From a virus, in IMG/VR virus record IMGVR_UViG_3300044701_002494, positions 1 through 64,000 of that record: a DNA stretch of 64,000 nucleotides; one strand, written 5' to 3'. Each line of letters begins with the position of its first letter. Within the stretch, counting starts at the first letter, position 1. Of this stretch, positions 33,738 through 43,721 are shown piece after piece. The notes under the pieces were generated by a model. That model was given only the letters and a program-made list of their open reading frames with translations. It was not told the DNA's origin and did not search any database. The position numbers and the translations under genes are program-made.

Positions 33738-34678
33738 TGAAATTCACACTCACACATAATTTCAGTTAAACAGGCAAGTATATTGATTTCTTGATCTGCT
33801 ACAAATGCTGACTGATACTGATACTTAGCAAGAACAAGCACAGCAGCAGGAATGCTATTGTTTTCAAGGGCATTATAAAGAGCATCGTAAATACGACGCA
33901 GAAGTACAGTGACATCATTATCAAGATTAGATACCACCCACTTACGGACTTCAGAAAAGTTCTTTTCCCTAAGGTTTTTGATAAGTTCATTTACAGATAC
34001 ATCAGAGAAAGTTGCAAGGATACCAGAGTCAATTTTACCACCCGTAGAATACCTCTGAATTTCGTTTAGAACTCTTCGGAAATCAGGGAAATGTTTTGAT
34101 ACCAGTTCCGCAACGACTTTTTGATCATACTCAATCTTTTCCGCATCCAAGATTTGCTGGAGTCGTTTGAAGAAACTTCCTGCAAGTTGTGCTTTTTGCT
34201 TTCCCTTAATTGTGAAGTCGATGACGGCACATCGTGAGTGGAGGGGTTCGATGATCTTGTTCTTGTAGTTGCAGGTGAAGATGAATCGGCAGTTGTTATA
34301 AAATGCCTCAATATTCGCCCGTAGTAGGAGTTGAACGTCGTTGCCTGTGTTATCTGCCTCATCGATGATGATGACTTTGTGTTTAGAAGATCCCGTAAGT
34401 GAGACGGTCGAAGCGAAGTTCTTCGCTTGGTTCCGTACAGTATCCAAGAAACGTCCTTCGTCGGATCCGTTGATGACATAATAATCTGCTCCTAATTCGT
34501 TACATAGTGCCTTTGCAATTGTAGTTTTACCAATACCAGGAGGTCCAGCAAGAAGAAGGTTTGGAATCTCCCCCTTCTCCACAAACTCCTTAAATGTTTT
34601 TTTAGTTTCATCAGGAAGAATACAATCGTCAATTACTTGAGGACGGTATTTTTCCGTGAGAAGAAATTCACTTGCCAT
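33734..34678 (-). CDS. gp44: Clamp loader large subunit (T4 gp44)
   Basis: EKYRP, GPPGIGKT, DEAD, SRC. Confidence 0.95.
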   Translation of the reverse strand: MASEFLLTEKYRPQVIDDCILPDETKKTFKEFVEKGEIPNLLLAGPPGIGKTTIAKALCNELGADYYVINGSDEGRFLDTVRNQAKNFASTVSLTGSSKHKVIIIDEADNTGNDVQLLLRANIEAFYNNCRFIFTCNYKNKIIEPLHSRCAVIDFTIKGKQKAQLAGSFFKRLQQILDAEKIEYDQKVVAELVSKHFPDFRRVLNEIQRYSTGGKIDSGILATFSDVSVNELIKNLREKNFSEVRKWVVSNLDNDVTVLLRRIYDALYNALENNSIPAAVLVLAKYQYQSAFVADQEINILACLTEIMCECEFQ

Positions 34679-34681
34679 AAT

Positions 34682-35197
34682 TTAATTTACCCATTCTGGT
34701 TTGCGTTGTGGCATACGAAGATAGTTATCAGACACCCAAGGTTTGGATGCAATGTACCTTTTGTATGCTTCAAATGTGTCAATAGTTTTGTCAAACTTCC
34801 ACTCCTCGGGCATAGCACGAGCAAATGGAGTCACTTCTGTAATCTTACCCTTGGGAAACAAATAGTATGCATCCACAAGAGTTTTATAACAGGAGTGAGT
34901 TTTATTATACCTCAGGCAGTATTCATCGGACAAGTTTAATCCCCACTTGATTAACCAGTAGGCATTATGGATACTCTCCATTGCCCACTTGGTGCAGGGA
35001 TGATTGCGGAATGCTCCTTTGTCTGTCTTGTAGGGGGTCCCATCTGCCTTAGGGAGAGTGCCGTACCCGTGTCCCCACTTCTCTGATGCCACGATAGAGA
35101 GCATTTGGCACGTTTCAACTGGCATCTTCACTATTAATTTGTCCGGAAGTACTATTGCACTTTCTGCCGGAAATTGATTTGTCACAAAAATGTTCAT
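34682..35197 (-). CDS. Pyrimidine-dimer DNA glycosylase-like protein
   Basis: MNIF...DK..VKMPVETCQMLS...HPCTKW. Confidence 0.7.
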   Translation of the reverse strand: MNIFVTNQFPAESAIVLPDKLIVKMPVETCQMLSIVASEKWGHGYGTLPKADGTPYKTDKGAFRNHPCTKWAMESIHNAYWLIKWGLNLSDEYCLRYNKTHSCYKTLVDAYYLFPKGKITEVTPFARAMPEEWKFDKTIDTFEAYKRYIASKPWVSDNYLRMPQRKPEWVN

Positions 35198-35247
35198 AAT
35201 AAAAAAATTAAAGTTTAATTCAATTATATAATAGAATACTTTGGAAA

Positions 35248-35940
35248 TTATCCAAATTGACTATCTGGTTCTAATGCAATCCAATAGCACAAATCGTGGT
35301 TCTTAGATTGGAATCGTGACAGTAGTTTTTCTGACACAACCACGTCGTAAGAACCAGGAATAATCTTGATGTTTTCTACCTTGAAGTTGAAGGTAAATTC
35401 AGAATCAGTTTCACCAACAACGATGGCATACTCATTAGAAGTATCATTCTTCTTATCACGAACCACTAGTTTGATGACACCATTCTCACCAACAGCAGAG
35501 AGGTCGGGAAGTTGATACACTGCTGCTGCCTTGACCAGTTTTTCTAGAGAAGTACTGTCCAATTGGAAGCAAACATCTTGTGAAGGAAGTTGAATGTTCT
35601 TATCGGGAGGAGAGATAATCACATTGGGGTCGGCAAAGAAATATTTTACACGACGCTTACCTTCTTTAATACTGAGATGCGATTCTTCAGTAAAGTCAAG
35701 GTCGGGGTCTTGGTGAAGACTCAGACCATTGAGAAACTGATTGAGGTCATAAATCGCAAAGTCACGAGGAAATTCTTCACTAATTTCTGCTTCAGCTAGT
35801 ATATTTTTTGCCACAGAAATGGTACGAAGACGATTACCCTGCTTTACAAGAATGGAATTGTTAATGCCAGCAAAGTTCTTGAGAAGAGCAAGAGTATTAT
35901 CAGAGAGTTTCATAGTTTTATCTTGGAGTTTCATAATCAA
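35248..35940 (-). CDS. gp45: Sliding clamp (T4 gp45); start may be 35913
   Basis: LKNFAGINNSI, FAIYDLNQFL, YWIALE. Confidence 0.93.
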   Translation of the reverse strand: MIMKLQDKTMKLSDNTLALLKNFAGINNSILVKQGNRLRTISVAKNILAEAEISEEFPRDFAIYDLNQFLNGLSLHQDPDLDFTEESHLSIKEGKRRVKYFFADPNVIISPPDKNIQLPSQDVCFQLDSTSLEKLVKAAAVYQLPDLSAVGENGVIKLVVRDKKNDTSNEYAIVVGETDSEFTFNFKVENIKIIPGSYDVVVSEKLLSRFQSKNHDLCYWIALEPDSQFG

Positions 35941-36263
35941 CGAAATTCAGAGAGACCATTATCTTTGCGGGAATAATGTTTGTCAAAGTGAAGCAATAGC
36001 ATAGCATAGTGAATGACTTTCATCAAATCACGCTTATTACGTCCATCCTTGTCTCCATAACGAGAACCATACTTTAGGATGTTTGCTTGACAAAAACCTG
36101 CTGCCAGTTTCTTTGCTGCCATCAGATCAATTGTTTGGATATCAGCATAATCTTCTTCATCACCACAATAGTGACCGTGATAGGTGCTGGTTACATAATC
36201 CTCAACATCTTTGAGGATTTTATCTTCGTTATATTTCCAAAGATGATTTGTTGTTTCACTCAT
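35937..36263 (-). CDS. DUF3310-like protein
   Basis: HY...IQTID...FCQANILKYGSRYGDKDG..DLMK. Confidence 0.7.
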   Translation of the reverse strand: MSETTNHLWKYNEDKILKDVEDYVTSTYHGHYCGDEEDYADIQTIDLMAAKKLAAGFCQANILKYGSRYGDKDGRNKRDLMKVIHYAMLLLHFDKHYSRKDNGLSEFR

Positions 36264-36326
36264 AGTAATATTAAAAGTTGTTTCAGTCATAAAAAGAGGA
36301 GGCACTTTTTACCTCCTTATATTCTA

Positions 36327-37454
36327 TCAGTTTGCTTGCTGCTCGTCAAGGTTATAAGTTACATGTTCGCCTTCTGGCATTTGGAAATCAGCATCCACTT
36401 TATCATACAATTCGAGGAATGCTTGCTTGGTTTCATCATCAAAGCGGTTTACACACACTTGGATTGCCTTTGCCTTATCTTGGAAAATGCTATAGGCACG
36501 GATGATGTGAACCAGACGGCGGGTGCTGATGATTTCTTCAATACCACCATCATAAAATGTTTTACGAATAATATCACTCCAATCAACCAAACTCTTGCAG
36601 AAATCACGATCCTCAACACCAAGATCCAGAGCAACGCCTTCAAGGATCTTCTGCTCGGTTGCAGGGGCAGGATACTGCTGCTCAAATGTCACAGGGAAAC
36701 GCTCCAGGAACGCCTCATTGAGCACGTTGGTGCCGATGAACCTACCGTCATCAGAACCCTTACCTTTAGTGTTTGCAGTGGCAATCACGTTGAAACCTTC
36801 ATCAGGTTTTACAAACTTACCAATCTTTTTCAAGAATACACCCTTACCCTCTAGCACGGATTGTAGGCAAAGGATTTTGTTGGAGGCAAGGTCAATCTCG
36901 TCAAGGAGCAGGATTGCTCCACGCTGGAGTGCTTCGATGACTGGACCATTGTGCCAGACAGTAGCACCATCCACAAGACGGAAACCGCCGATAAGATCAT
37001 CTTCATCAGTTTCAATCGTAATGTTTACACGAATTAGTTCACGCTTAAGTTGAGCACACGCTTGCTCCACCGAGAACGTTTTACCGTTACCCGAAAGACC
37101 CGTAATGAACGTAGGGTAAAAGAGACGGGACTGAATAATTTTTTTAATATCGTTAAAGTTACCAAACTTGACGAAGGTATCATCTTTTTCGGGGATAAGA
37201 TTTTGCTCAACTGCAGGGAGAACAGAAGGTGCTTGATAAGAACGCTCAATCTCTTCAACACGTTCTTGAGTCACTTCCAGATTCCAACGCCCACGAGCGG
37301 TCTTAAAAGATTCCAAGCGACGGGTCACGGTCTGATAGTTGAGACTACGAGAAGCACAGAAACCTTTCAGGTCACCAGAAGTAATTTTAGAACCGTACAG
37401 TTCTTTGATAGATTCGATCAATTGAGCGTCGTTCACAGAAGATTTGCGAGACAT
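36327..37454 (-). CDS. cobS: CobS/MoxR-type AAA+ ATPase
   Basis: GLSGNGKT, LLDEID, ATANTKG, AFLERF, STRRL. Confidence 0.88.
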   Translation of the reverse strand: MSRKSSVNDAQLIESIKELYGSKITSGDLKGFCASRSLNYQTVTRRLESFKTARGRWNLEVTQERVEEIERSYQAPSVLPAVEQNLIPEKDDTFVKFGNFNDIKKIIQSRLFYPTFITGLSGNGKTFSVEQACAQLKRELIRVNITIETDEDDLIGGFRLVDGATVWHNGPVIEALQRGAILLLDEIDLASNKILCLQSVLEGKGVFLKKIGKFVKPDEGFNVIATANTKGKGSDDGRFIGTNVLNEAFLERFPVTFEQQYPAPATEQKILEGVALDLGVEDRDFCKSLVDWSDIIRKTFYDGGIEEIISTRRLVHIIRAYSIFQDKAKAIQVCVNRFDDETKQAFLELYDKVDADFQMPEGEHVTYNLDEQQAN

Positions 37455-37486
37455 AATGTAGTTAGGTGGTTTGTTTCAACAGACTT

Positions 37487-37544
37487 ATTATACACACAAA
37501 AAAGGGGCAACCGAGTGCCCCTTGTGACGGTTTGGAAAGTGGTT
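37487..37544 (-). promoter_or_regulatory. Operator-like motif plus terminator hairpin plus -10 TATAAT
   Basis: AACCACTTTCCAAACCGTC, AGGGGCA...TGCCCCT-T run, TATAAT; near-identical motif at 39924-39942. Confidence 0.65.
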
Positions 37545-37684
37545 CAGGAGGACTTTTTCTTCTTGACTACTTTTACTGGTTTTTCATCAAAAACTTTCTC
37601 AACCTTGTCTGGTTGTGGTGCTACTTGTGGGACTGGTGCTACTTCAGGTGCAGTTTCCTGAAATAAATTGGTAAATCTACTCAT
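37544..37684 (-). CDS. 46-aa low-complexity peptide (MSRFTNLFQETAPEVAPVPQVAP...)
   Basis: Hand translation; late-like ATAAATA upstream. Confidence 0.5.
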   Translation of the reverse strand: MSRFTNLFQETAPEVAPVPQVAPQPDKVEKVFDEKPVKVVKKKKSS

Positions 37685-37714
37685 TAGACCTAGTATAACT
37701 CTTTGAAGTATTTA

Positions 37715-39865
37715 TCAGGCAACCAATTCCACAAACTCACCCAGAATTTTCTTGTTCATTTTTTTAGTTTTAAGGCTCTTCACAAAGGCAGATTTGATTT
37801 GCGCCTTTGTTGCATCGTCAGCAACAGAAAACTCAGAATCCTGAGAAAGAGTGGTAGAAGACAGACCAAAATAGGAATGATACCCAGAGTTCTTGAGAGT
37901 AAATGCCTTCTGTTTCTTCCAAGCACCCATCACCTTATCATACTCAGAACCATAGAATCCACAATAACGGCGAATGAATTGACCGGCATCACGGGATTCA
38001 AGAACACGAATACCAATAAAATTGATATCAGTAAACTTGTCCCTCAGATTGTGAAGAAGAACCTCAGTAAATTCCTGCTTCTCAGAGTCACAAGAATAAG
38101 TCATTCCAGTCTTACGGTCACGGAGGAAGGCATTAAAACCAATGTGAGCGGTACCCATATATGGTTCATCTTCCCAACGACGCTGAACCTCATGATGATA
38201 TTTCACAAGGCATCCCTCACCATCAGTCAGAACCACACACTGAACTTTCTGAAGTTTGTTCTCCTTCTTGAACTTAGGCAAAATCTGATGAAGAGAAATC
38301 AGTGCCTCATTTAAGGGAGTTCCTGAAAGACCCATTCCAAGAGGAGCAGAATAATAGCAGTGAGAATTGTAACAGAAAGACTTAGCAAGACGGAAAATAT
38401 TCTTCATATGCTCCTCCAGAGTGTTCACATTCACTTTGCTGGTGAGAAGATTCATCATAGAGAACCATTCACCAACCTGAACAAGACCATCTTTCTTCTT
38501 ATAGGCAAGTTCACGAATGTTTGCCTTACCATCTTCACCATATTTCACCAGAGGATAATCAGTGGTGAAAGCATAAACCTCAAACGGAATTGAAACTTTC
38601 TTACAGAACCAAATCAGGTTGAAGAGTTGCTTGACCGTATCCAGCATCACATTAGACATAGAACCAGACCAGTCCAGAACAAATACCAGACCGTGATTTT
38701 TACCATCAGCAAAAGTCGTAACCTTCCTGAAGATATCTTCATTATACTTGTAGGTATGAAGTTTAGAACAATCCAATACACCAGTGCGGGAAGTTGTGGC
38801 ACGAGCATAGGAATCTGCTGCCTTGCGACATTCAAACTCTTTCACCAGATAGTTGACTTCCTTCTGAGCAGAACGCTTGAATTCCACATACTGCTTATCA
38901 ACTTCACCAAAGATATCCTCTTGCTTATATTCACGCTCGGAAAGAAAAAGTTCCCAACTGATTTTACACTTGGAATGAATCTCCGAATTAGGAACAATCA
39001 CCTTATCCAAGTCAAGTTGAGGCAGTTCAAGATAAACATTCTCAGAAGAATCATTACCTACAAGTTCTTTCAGTGCCTCTTCCAGAGACTCCATCGTCTT
39101 GACTTCAGGTTCTTCATCATTCTCACCACCTTCATTTGTAGGTTGCTGTTGCTGCTGAGAATTTTCATCAGAAGTAGCAGCACCATCAGAACCTTCAGAT
39201 TCAGGTTGCTCACTCTCACCTTGCTCCTGGTCAGTAAAATCAGAAGCGGGTTGATTATCATCACCACTCTGCTGCGACTCAAGATTGTCCAGAGAAGTCT
39301 TGGTTTCTTCCTGTTGCTTCTGCTTACAATACTTATAGAGTGCCTCTGCGGCAATCAGAACATCGGCAAAGGTCTCAGTATCGGCAATCAGATTGATGAT
39401 TTCAGTCTCTTCACCAGGTTCAACAGGAATATCTACATAATTACCAACCTTGAACCACAGGTTTGCACGGTCGGCAAGATTATAAGTTTCTACATTATCA
39501 TCTTTGATTTGAAAGAAGTCATCATCAACAAGTTCCTTATAACCGTTATAGAAGGTCTTGGCGAGACCAGCATAACGACGCTTCATCAGTTTCTCAATAC
39601 GAGCATCCTCAACCACATTCACAAACTGCGGCGGGATCTTGTGTTGCTTCAACCAGTCCTCATCAGGCGTATAGAGAGCGTGACCGACCTCGTGACCCAC
39701 CAGAAGGTCATACACAGTGTTGCTTGCCTTCTCCCACATAGGAAGCGTGAGCACACGGGTATGAACGTTAAAGCAGGCAGTCTCCACTTTCTTGTGCTCA
39801 ACCACAAGGTCTTCGGTAGCAAGAAGTTTGGCGAGTTGAGACTTGATTTCGTGGCGGACAGGCAT
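37715..39865 (-). CDS. CobT-like protein: N-terminal HExxH peptidase-like domain and C-terminal vWA domain
   Basis: HEVGH, VEDARIE, acidic linker, LDWSGSM MIDAS, LTDGE. Confidence 0.85.
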   Translation of the reverse strand: MPVRHEIKSQLAKLLATEDLVVEHKKVETACFNVHTRVLTLPMWEKASNTVYDLLVGHEVGHALYTPDEDWLKQHKIPPQFVNVVEDARIEKLMKRRYAGLAKTFYNGYKELVDDDFFQIKDDNVETYNLADRANLWFKVGNYVDIPVEPGEETEIINLIADTETFADVLIAAEALYKYCKQKQQEETKTSLDNLESQQSGDDNQPASDFTDQEQGESEQPESEGSDGAATSDENSQQQQQPTNEGGENDEEPEVKTMESLEEALKELVGNDSSENVYLELPQLDLDKVIVPNSEIHSKCKISWELFLSEREYKQEDIFGEVDKQYVEFKRSAQKEVNYLVKEFECRKAADSYARATTSRTGVLDCSKLHTYKYNEDIFRKVTTFADGKNHGLVFVLDWSGSMSNVMLDTVKQLFNLIWFCKKVSIPFEVYAFTTDYPLVKYGEDGKANIRELAYKKKDGLVQVGEWFSMMNLLTSKVNVNTLEEHMKNIFRLAKSFCYNSHCYYSAPLGMGLSGTPLNEALISLHQILPKFKKENKLQKVQCVVLTDGEGCLVKYHHEVQRRWEDEPYMGTAHIGFNAFLRDRKTGMTYSCDSEKQEFTEVLLHNLRDKFTDINFIGIRVLESRDAGQFIRRYCGFYGSEYDKVMGAWKKQKAFTLKNSGYHSYFGLSSTTLSQDSEFSVADDATKAQIKSAFVKSLKTKKMNKKILGEFVELVA

Positions 39866-39886
39866 AGATTTGTTGCGTATGAAGTC

Positions 39887-39942
39887 ATTATACAAAAAAA
39901 GGAGGTCTTGCGACCTCCCAGTGGACAGTTTGGAAAGTGGTT
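39887..39942 (-). promoter_or_regulatory. Operator-like motif plus terminator hairpin plus -10 TATAAT
   Basis: AACCACTTTCCAAACTGTC, GGAGGTC-GCAA-GACCTCC-T7, TATAAT. Confidence 0.65.
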
Positions 39943-39943
39943 T

Positions 39944-40645
39944 CTAGTCGTGCTCACCCATTGCTTTTTGCTTACGGAGTTTCTTAGGATTCTTGGTTAC
40001 ACCACCAGAACCCTCTGAAGGATAATCGTGGTCTTGACGAGTACCTACACCATGAGCAGCACCTGCTCTTGCTCTTTCTCTATCGTCAGCAGTCAAACCC
40101 TTTCTTGGTGAATCATCTGGAGTTCTATTAGCAGGATTAGTTCTACTCTTCATTGCCTTAAGAAAAGGCTTTCTCTTTGCAGTCATCTTGGTTTTTGATG
40201 CTGCACTGTATGCCTTCGGTGTAGCACCATATGAACCTTCTGCTTCATCTAGAACTTCTTCAACAATACTCTGCTTCCACTCTTCACTCATATTCGCCAT
40301 AATAGCAAGAGCTGCCTTATTGGTGTCTGCGTAACCTTCGGCAACTAGGTGCTCCAAAATATGCTCAAACATATCTTTTCCACCCTTTTGCGGAACTTTT
40401 CCCCTATCTCTGAGTCTTTCACGACCACCTTCGGATCTCTCTTCTTTAGAAGCACTTGGACTAAACTTACCTAGCATTAATCTGCCATGTGTTTCAGCCT
40501 TAGTTTCTGGTCTTCCTCTTTTCTTATCCGCTTCACGCTGTTGAGATTCCCGAGAAAGAGCACTCAAACTAGTTCTTCTACCTTCATCAAGTTGATAAAC
40601 CTGATTATATGCTTCTTGTAAATTGCGAATTTCTTTTGCGTCCAT
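39944..40645 (-). CDS. Putative internal head protein with LQEAYNQVY leader and HLVAEGYADTNKAALAIMANMSEEW module
   Basis: Module shared with 11279..12238. Confidence 0.7.
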   Translation of the reverse strand: MDAKEIRNLQEAYNQVYQLDEGRRTSLSALSRESQQREADKKRGRPETKAETHGRLMLGKFSPSASKEERSEGGRERLRDRGKVPQKGGKDMFEHILEHLVAEGYADTNKAALAIMANMSEEWKQSIVEEVLDEAEGSYGATPKAYSAASKTKMTAKRKPFLKAMKSRTNPANRTPDDSPRKGLTADDRERARAGAAHGVGTRQDHDYPSEGSGGVTKNPKKLRKQKAMGEHD

Positions 40646-40672
40646 TTTTATGAATACTTTTTTTTTATTTAT

Positions 40673-41683
40673 TTATGCATAATCCCCCTCTGTTGGAGAT
40701 CCATATTTCTTCAACCAGATCTTATTTCCAAGTTCTTTTGCTTTTGCAGGATCCTTAGTTCTTAGTTCTTGATATCTTTTAATATCAGGATCAACTGATT
40801 TAGTTTTTGTTGCAACTGTTTTTGAAGTATCTTTTATAACTGGATTTGGTTTAACTTTTTTTACAGTATCTTTTGTAACTGTATTTTGTGTAGGTTTTTT
40901 CGCTTTTTGAGGGGTTGGAAGTTTAGGTGCAGGTAAAGCAACGTCTCCACGCTTCATTGCAGCAGTTAAAGTTCCATCAGCAGTTGGTCTTGGTGCCATA
41001 ACAGCAGCTGCAGCGCCAGCAGGAGTAAGATTTCTTAGAGTAGCGATAGTAGATGCAGTCTTGGCAACAGGTTCTGCAATTTTTCTTCCTTGGTCAGCAA
41101 ATCTTGCAAGTTCTGGAAATTTATCAAGATTCGGACCAGTTGCTCTAAGTGTAGCACCAGGTCTATATGGATTTGGTTTAGTTGTAGTTGGTTTTGCTGC
41201 TGGAGAAGAAACTTTTGTAACTTTTGGTGTTGGTGGTTTTGGTGCCTTTACTTCTACTGGTTTATTGGGATAAAGCATTTTTCTCAAACCCTGTGCAAAT
41301 ACTTGCGTGGGATGTGGTTTATCAAGACCAAGAATATTAGCAATACCACGAGCAACAACTTCTTGCGGATGCATTCCTTGCTCCACAACATAAGTCATAA
41401 TGTAATTTGACTCTTCTACTGTACATCCCTCATTTAAAAGAAAATTAAAAACTTCATCATAAACATCTTCAATAACAACTTCACCCTCTGGTTCATAATG
41501 TGCTTTTTGAATATTTGCACTTTTAGTTGGTTTTAAAGGAACTACTTTTCCCCCACCATACTTCGGATTACTGTCTATTATTTTTTGAAGGGTTTCATCA
41601 GGATTATCAGTAGGAACTCCCATTCTTTGTTCCAAAATTATATTATATGCATCTCGTAACGATTTATATTCTTTAAAATTCAT
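40673..41683 (-). CDS. Low-complexity basic putative internal head protein
   Basis: Late promoter 41705-41712; LRDAY leader, HYEPEGE, DVYDEVFNFLLNEG module. Confidence 0.7.
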   Translation of the reverse strand: MNFKEYKSLRDAYNIILEQRMGVPTDNPDETLQKIIDSNPKYGGGKVVPLKPTKSANIQKAHYEPEGEVVIEDVYDEVFNFLLNEGCTVEESNYIMTYVVEQGMHPQEVVARGIANILGLDKPHPTQVFAQGLRKMLYPNKPVEVKAPKPPTPKVTKVSSPAAKPTTTKPNPYRPGATLRATGPNLDKFPELARFADQGRKIAEPVAKTASTIATLRNLTPAGAAAAVMAPRPTADGTLTAAMKRGDVALPAPKLPTPQKAKKPTQNTVTKDTVKKVKPNPVIKDTSKTVATKTKSVDPDIKRYQELRTKDPAKAKELGNKIWLKKYGSPTEGDYA

Positions 41684-41699
41684 TTCTAAAAAAATCTTT

Positions 41700-41843
41700 T
41701 TAGGTATTTATAAAAAAAGAAGCACCTCCAGAGAGGCGCTTCTTGAGTGCTTGGCGACGTGCCTTTGCTTGTCGGAGTGCTTGCGGTTTTAGTTTCCGCT
41801 TCTGCTCCTTTTTAGAGTGGTGTTGCCAATTTGGAAGTTTCAT
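41700..41843 (-). CDS. 47-aa highly basic peptide (MKLPNWQHHSKKEQKRKLKPQALRQAKARRQALKKRLSGGASFFINT) with terminator inside the CDS
   Basis: Hand translation; own promoter TTGACT(41893-41888)-N17-TAATCT. Confidence 0.7.
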   Translation of the reverse strand: MKLPNWQHHSKKEQKRKLKPQALRQAKARRQALKKRLSGGASFFINT

Positions 41844-42005
41844 TAGTCTTGTGTTGATGGGGACAGATTACTATCTATATTTGCAGAAGTCAAGGAGTCC
41901 AGTTGAGAAAGTGTCCCTGTTCTTATTTTTTTCATAATATCACTTCTTCTTTTTCTTTCATTATCACTTATATTCAATTTTGTTCCAACTTCTAGTCTAA
42001 ACTAT

Positions 42006-43721
42006 TTATATCGGTTTAATTCTAGAAAATCCTTTTATTTTTTCAAATGAAATAACATTATCAAATTTATCCTGTAAGTCTGTTTTATGAGAAATTACAA
42101 AAACATTTGTGTCTTTTACAACATACTTAATAATTTTTAAAAACTCATCAGCACCAAATCCATCAAGAGAAGAGTCAAAAACTTCATCAAATAAAAGAAT
42201 ATTACAATTTACAGAATTTTTGACTCTTGCCACTTCACGCCAGGCAAACAACAGGGCAAGGTCAATTCTTGCCTTTTCACCTTCAGAAAATGAAGAGTAT
42301 GAGAAATCTTCGTGAATAGGTGATTTAACATTCTCATTGAATTCAGAATCCAATTCAAAATTGATATAAAAGTCCATCATCTGAAGATAACGATTCACCT
42401 GCTGATTTATGAAAGGAAGATACTTTTTAATAATCTTCGTTTTTACACCATCATCCTTGAGTAATGAATAGGCAAAATCATAATAAACGATTTCTTCTTT
42501 TTTCTTTGAAAGGTCTTCAAATGTTTTTTGGAGATTTTCTTTAAATTCTTCTAGTTTCTCATGCTCAGTATTTCTGTTTTTAAGTTTCTCGGTAATTGTT
42601 TGAATTTCAGTTTCAAGATCTCGGATTTGTCTCTGGTTGAGGGAAATCCTAGTATTGTTTTGAGAAATCTCATGGTTGAGTTTTGTAATCTCCTTAGATA
42701 GAGCAATGAATTGACGCTCTCGTTCTTGTTCTATCTTTATAGTCTCTTCCAGGTCTTCATAACCCTTCTTGAGTTCCTTTGCTTTATTTTGAGCGTCTGT
42801 AATTCTATTTAACCGAAACTCTTCCTCAATTGTCTGAGTACAAGTAGGGCACACCGTATTTTCAGTGAAAAACTTATGCTCTTTCGTAATGACAGATACT
42901 TTCTGGGAGATTTTACCTCTGAGATTGTTTAGTTTTACTAACTTTTCACTGGCACCAACAACTTCTTCCTGCTCCTTTGTATATTGAACAATACCCTCTT
43001 CAGTCTTAGCATTTTCAATCATATAAATGCCAACTTCTTTGTCTAAATTGGCAATCTTTTCTTTATTGGCATTTATATTGGCATTTCCACGATTCTCAAG
43101 TTCTTCGATGAAGTTTTTCTGCATCTTCATCTTCTCTTTCAAATTCTCCTTACGCAACTCAAGAGATTTCACTTGGTCTTTCTGTGTGCGAATTCTATCC
43201 TTGATGAGATTATTCATCGCAGAGAAAATACGAATATCCAAAAGATCTTCAATAACTTCCCGACGATGTGCCGTTGGAAGTTGCATAAAAGGCACAAAGG
43301 TACTACTACCCAGAATAACAATCTGAGTAAAAGACTTATAATTTACCTTGAGAATGTTCTCCTCTAGAATTCTCTGATTGGCACGGTCGTCTGCTTCCTT
43401 GTGCAGAGGACTGCCATTTACCTCAATATCAAATACATTTGGTTTAATTCCACGACGGACAAGATAATCTCTACTATTCGTTGAGAATTCAATTTCAACT
43501 AAACAATCTTTTTCGTTTGTAGTATTGACTAATTGTGGTTTATTGATTTTCCGAAACGGTTTATTGAAAAGAGCAAAGGTAAGAGCATCCAATACCGTTG
43601 ACTTTCCAGCACCGTTTGTACCGATGATTAGATTGGTATGATTTTTTTCAAAGTCAATCTCAGTAAATTGATTCCCCGATGAAAGGAAATTCTTGTATCT
43701 AATCTTGTGAAATACTAGCAT
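42006..43721 (-). CDS. gp46: Recombination endonuclease ATPase subunit (T4 gp46, SbcC/Rad50-like)
   Basis: GTNGAGKST, CPTC zinc hook, FSEGE, FDEVFDSSLD. Confidence 0.95.
   Translation of the reverse strand: MLVFHKIRYKNFLSSGNQFTEIDFEKNHTNLIIGTNGAGKSTVLDALTFALFNKPFRKINKPQLVNTTNEKDCLVEIEFSTNSRDYLVRRGIKPNVFDIEVNGSPLHKEADDRANQRILEENILKVNYKSFTQIVILGSSTFVPFMQLPTAHRREVIEDLLDIRIFSAMNNLIKDRIRTQKDQVKSLELRKENLKEKMKMQKNFIEELENRGNANINANKEKIANLDKEVGIYMIENAKTEEGIVQYTKEQEEVVGASEKLVKLNNLRGKISQKVSVITKEHKFFTENTVCPTCTQTIEEEFRLNRITDAQNKAKELKKGYEDLEETIKIEQERERQFIALSKEITKLNHEISQNNTRISLNQRQIRDLETEIQTITEKLKNRNTEHEKLEEFKENLQKTFEDLSKKKEEIVYYDFAYSLLKDDGVKTKIIKKYLPFINQQVNRYLQMMDFYINFELDSEFNENVKSPIHEDFSYSSFSEGEKARIDLALLFAWREVARVKNSVNCNILLFDEVFDSSLDGFGADEFLKIIKYVVKDTNVFVISHKTDLQDKFDNVISFEKIKGFSRIKPI

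Noticed and set aside
24561-39865. mazG, hsp20 and the cobS-like/vWA pair as novel auxiliary genes
   Set aside because: Well-known core genes of T4-like cyanophages; the cobS label probably reflects a MoxR-type chaperone rather than cobalamin synthesis.
38627-40018. 463-aa + strand ORF, plus other long antisense ORFs over nrdA, gp43, cobS, gp23 and gp22
   Set aside because: Codon-bias shadows of well-supported minus-strand genes; L/F/I-rich with no motifs or expression signals.
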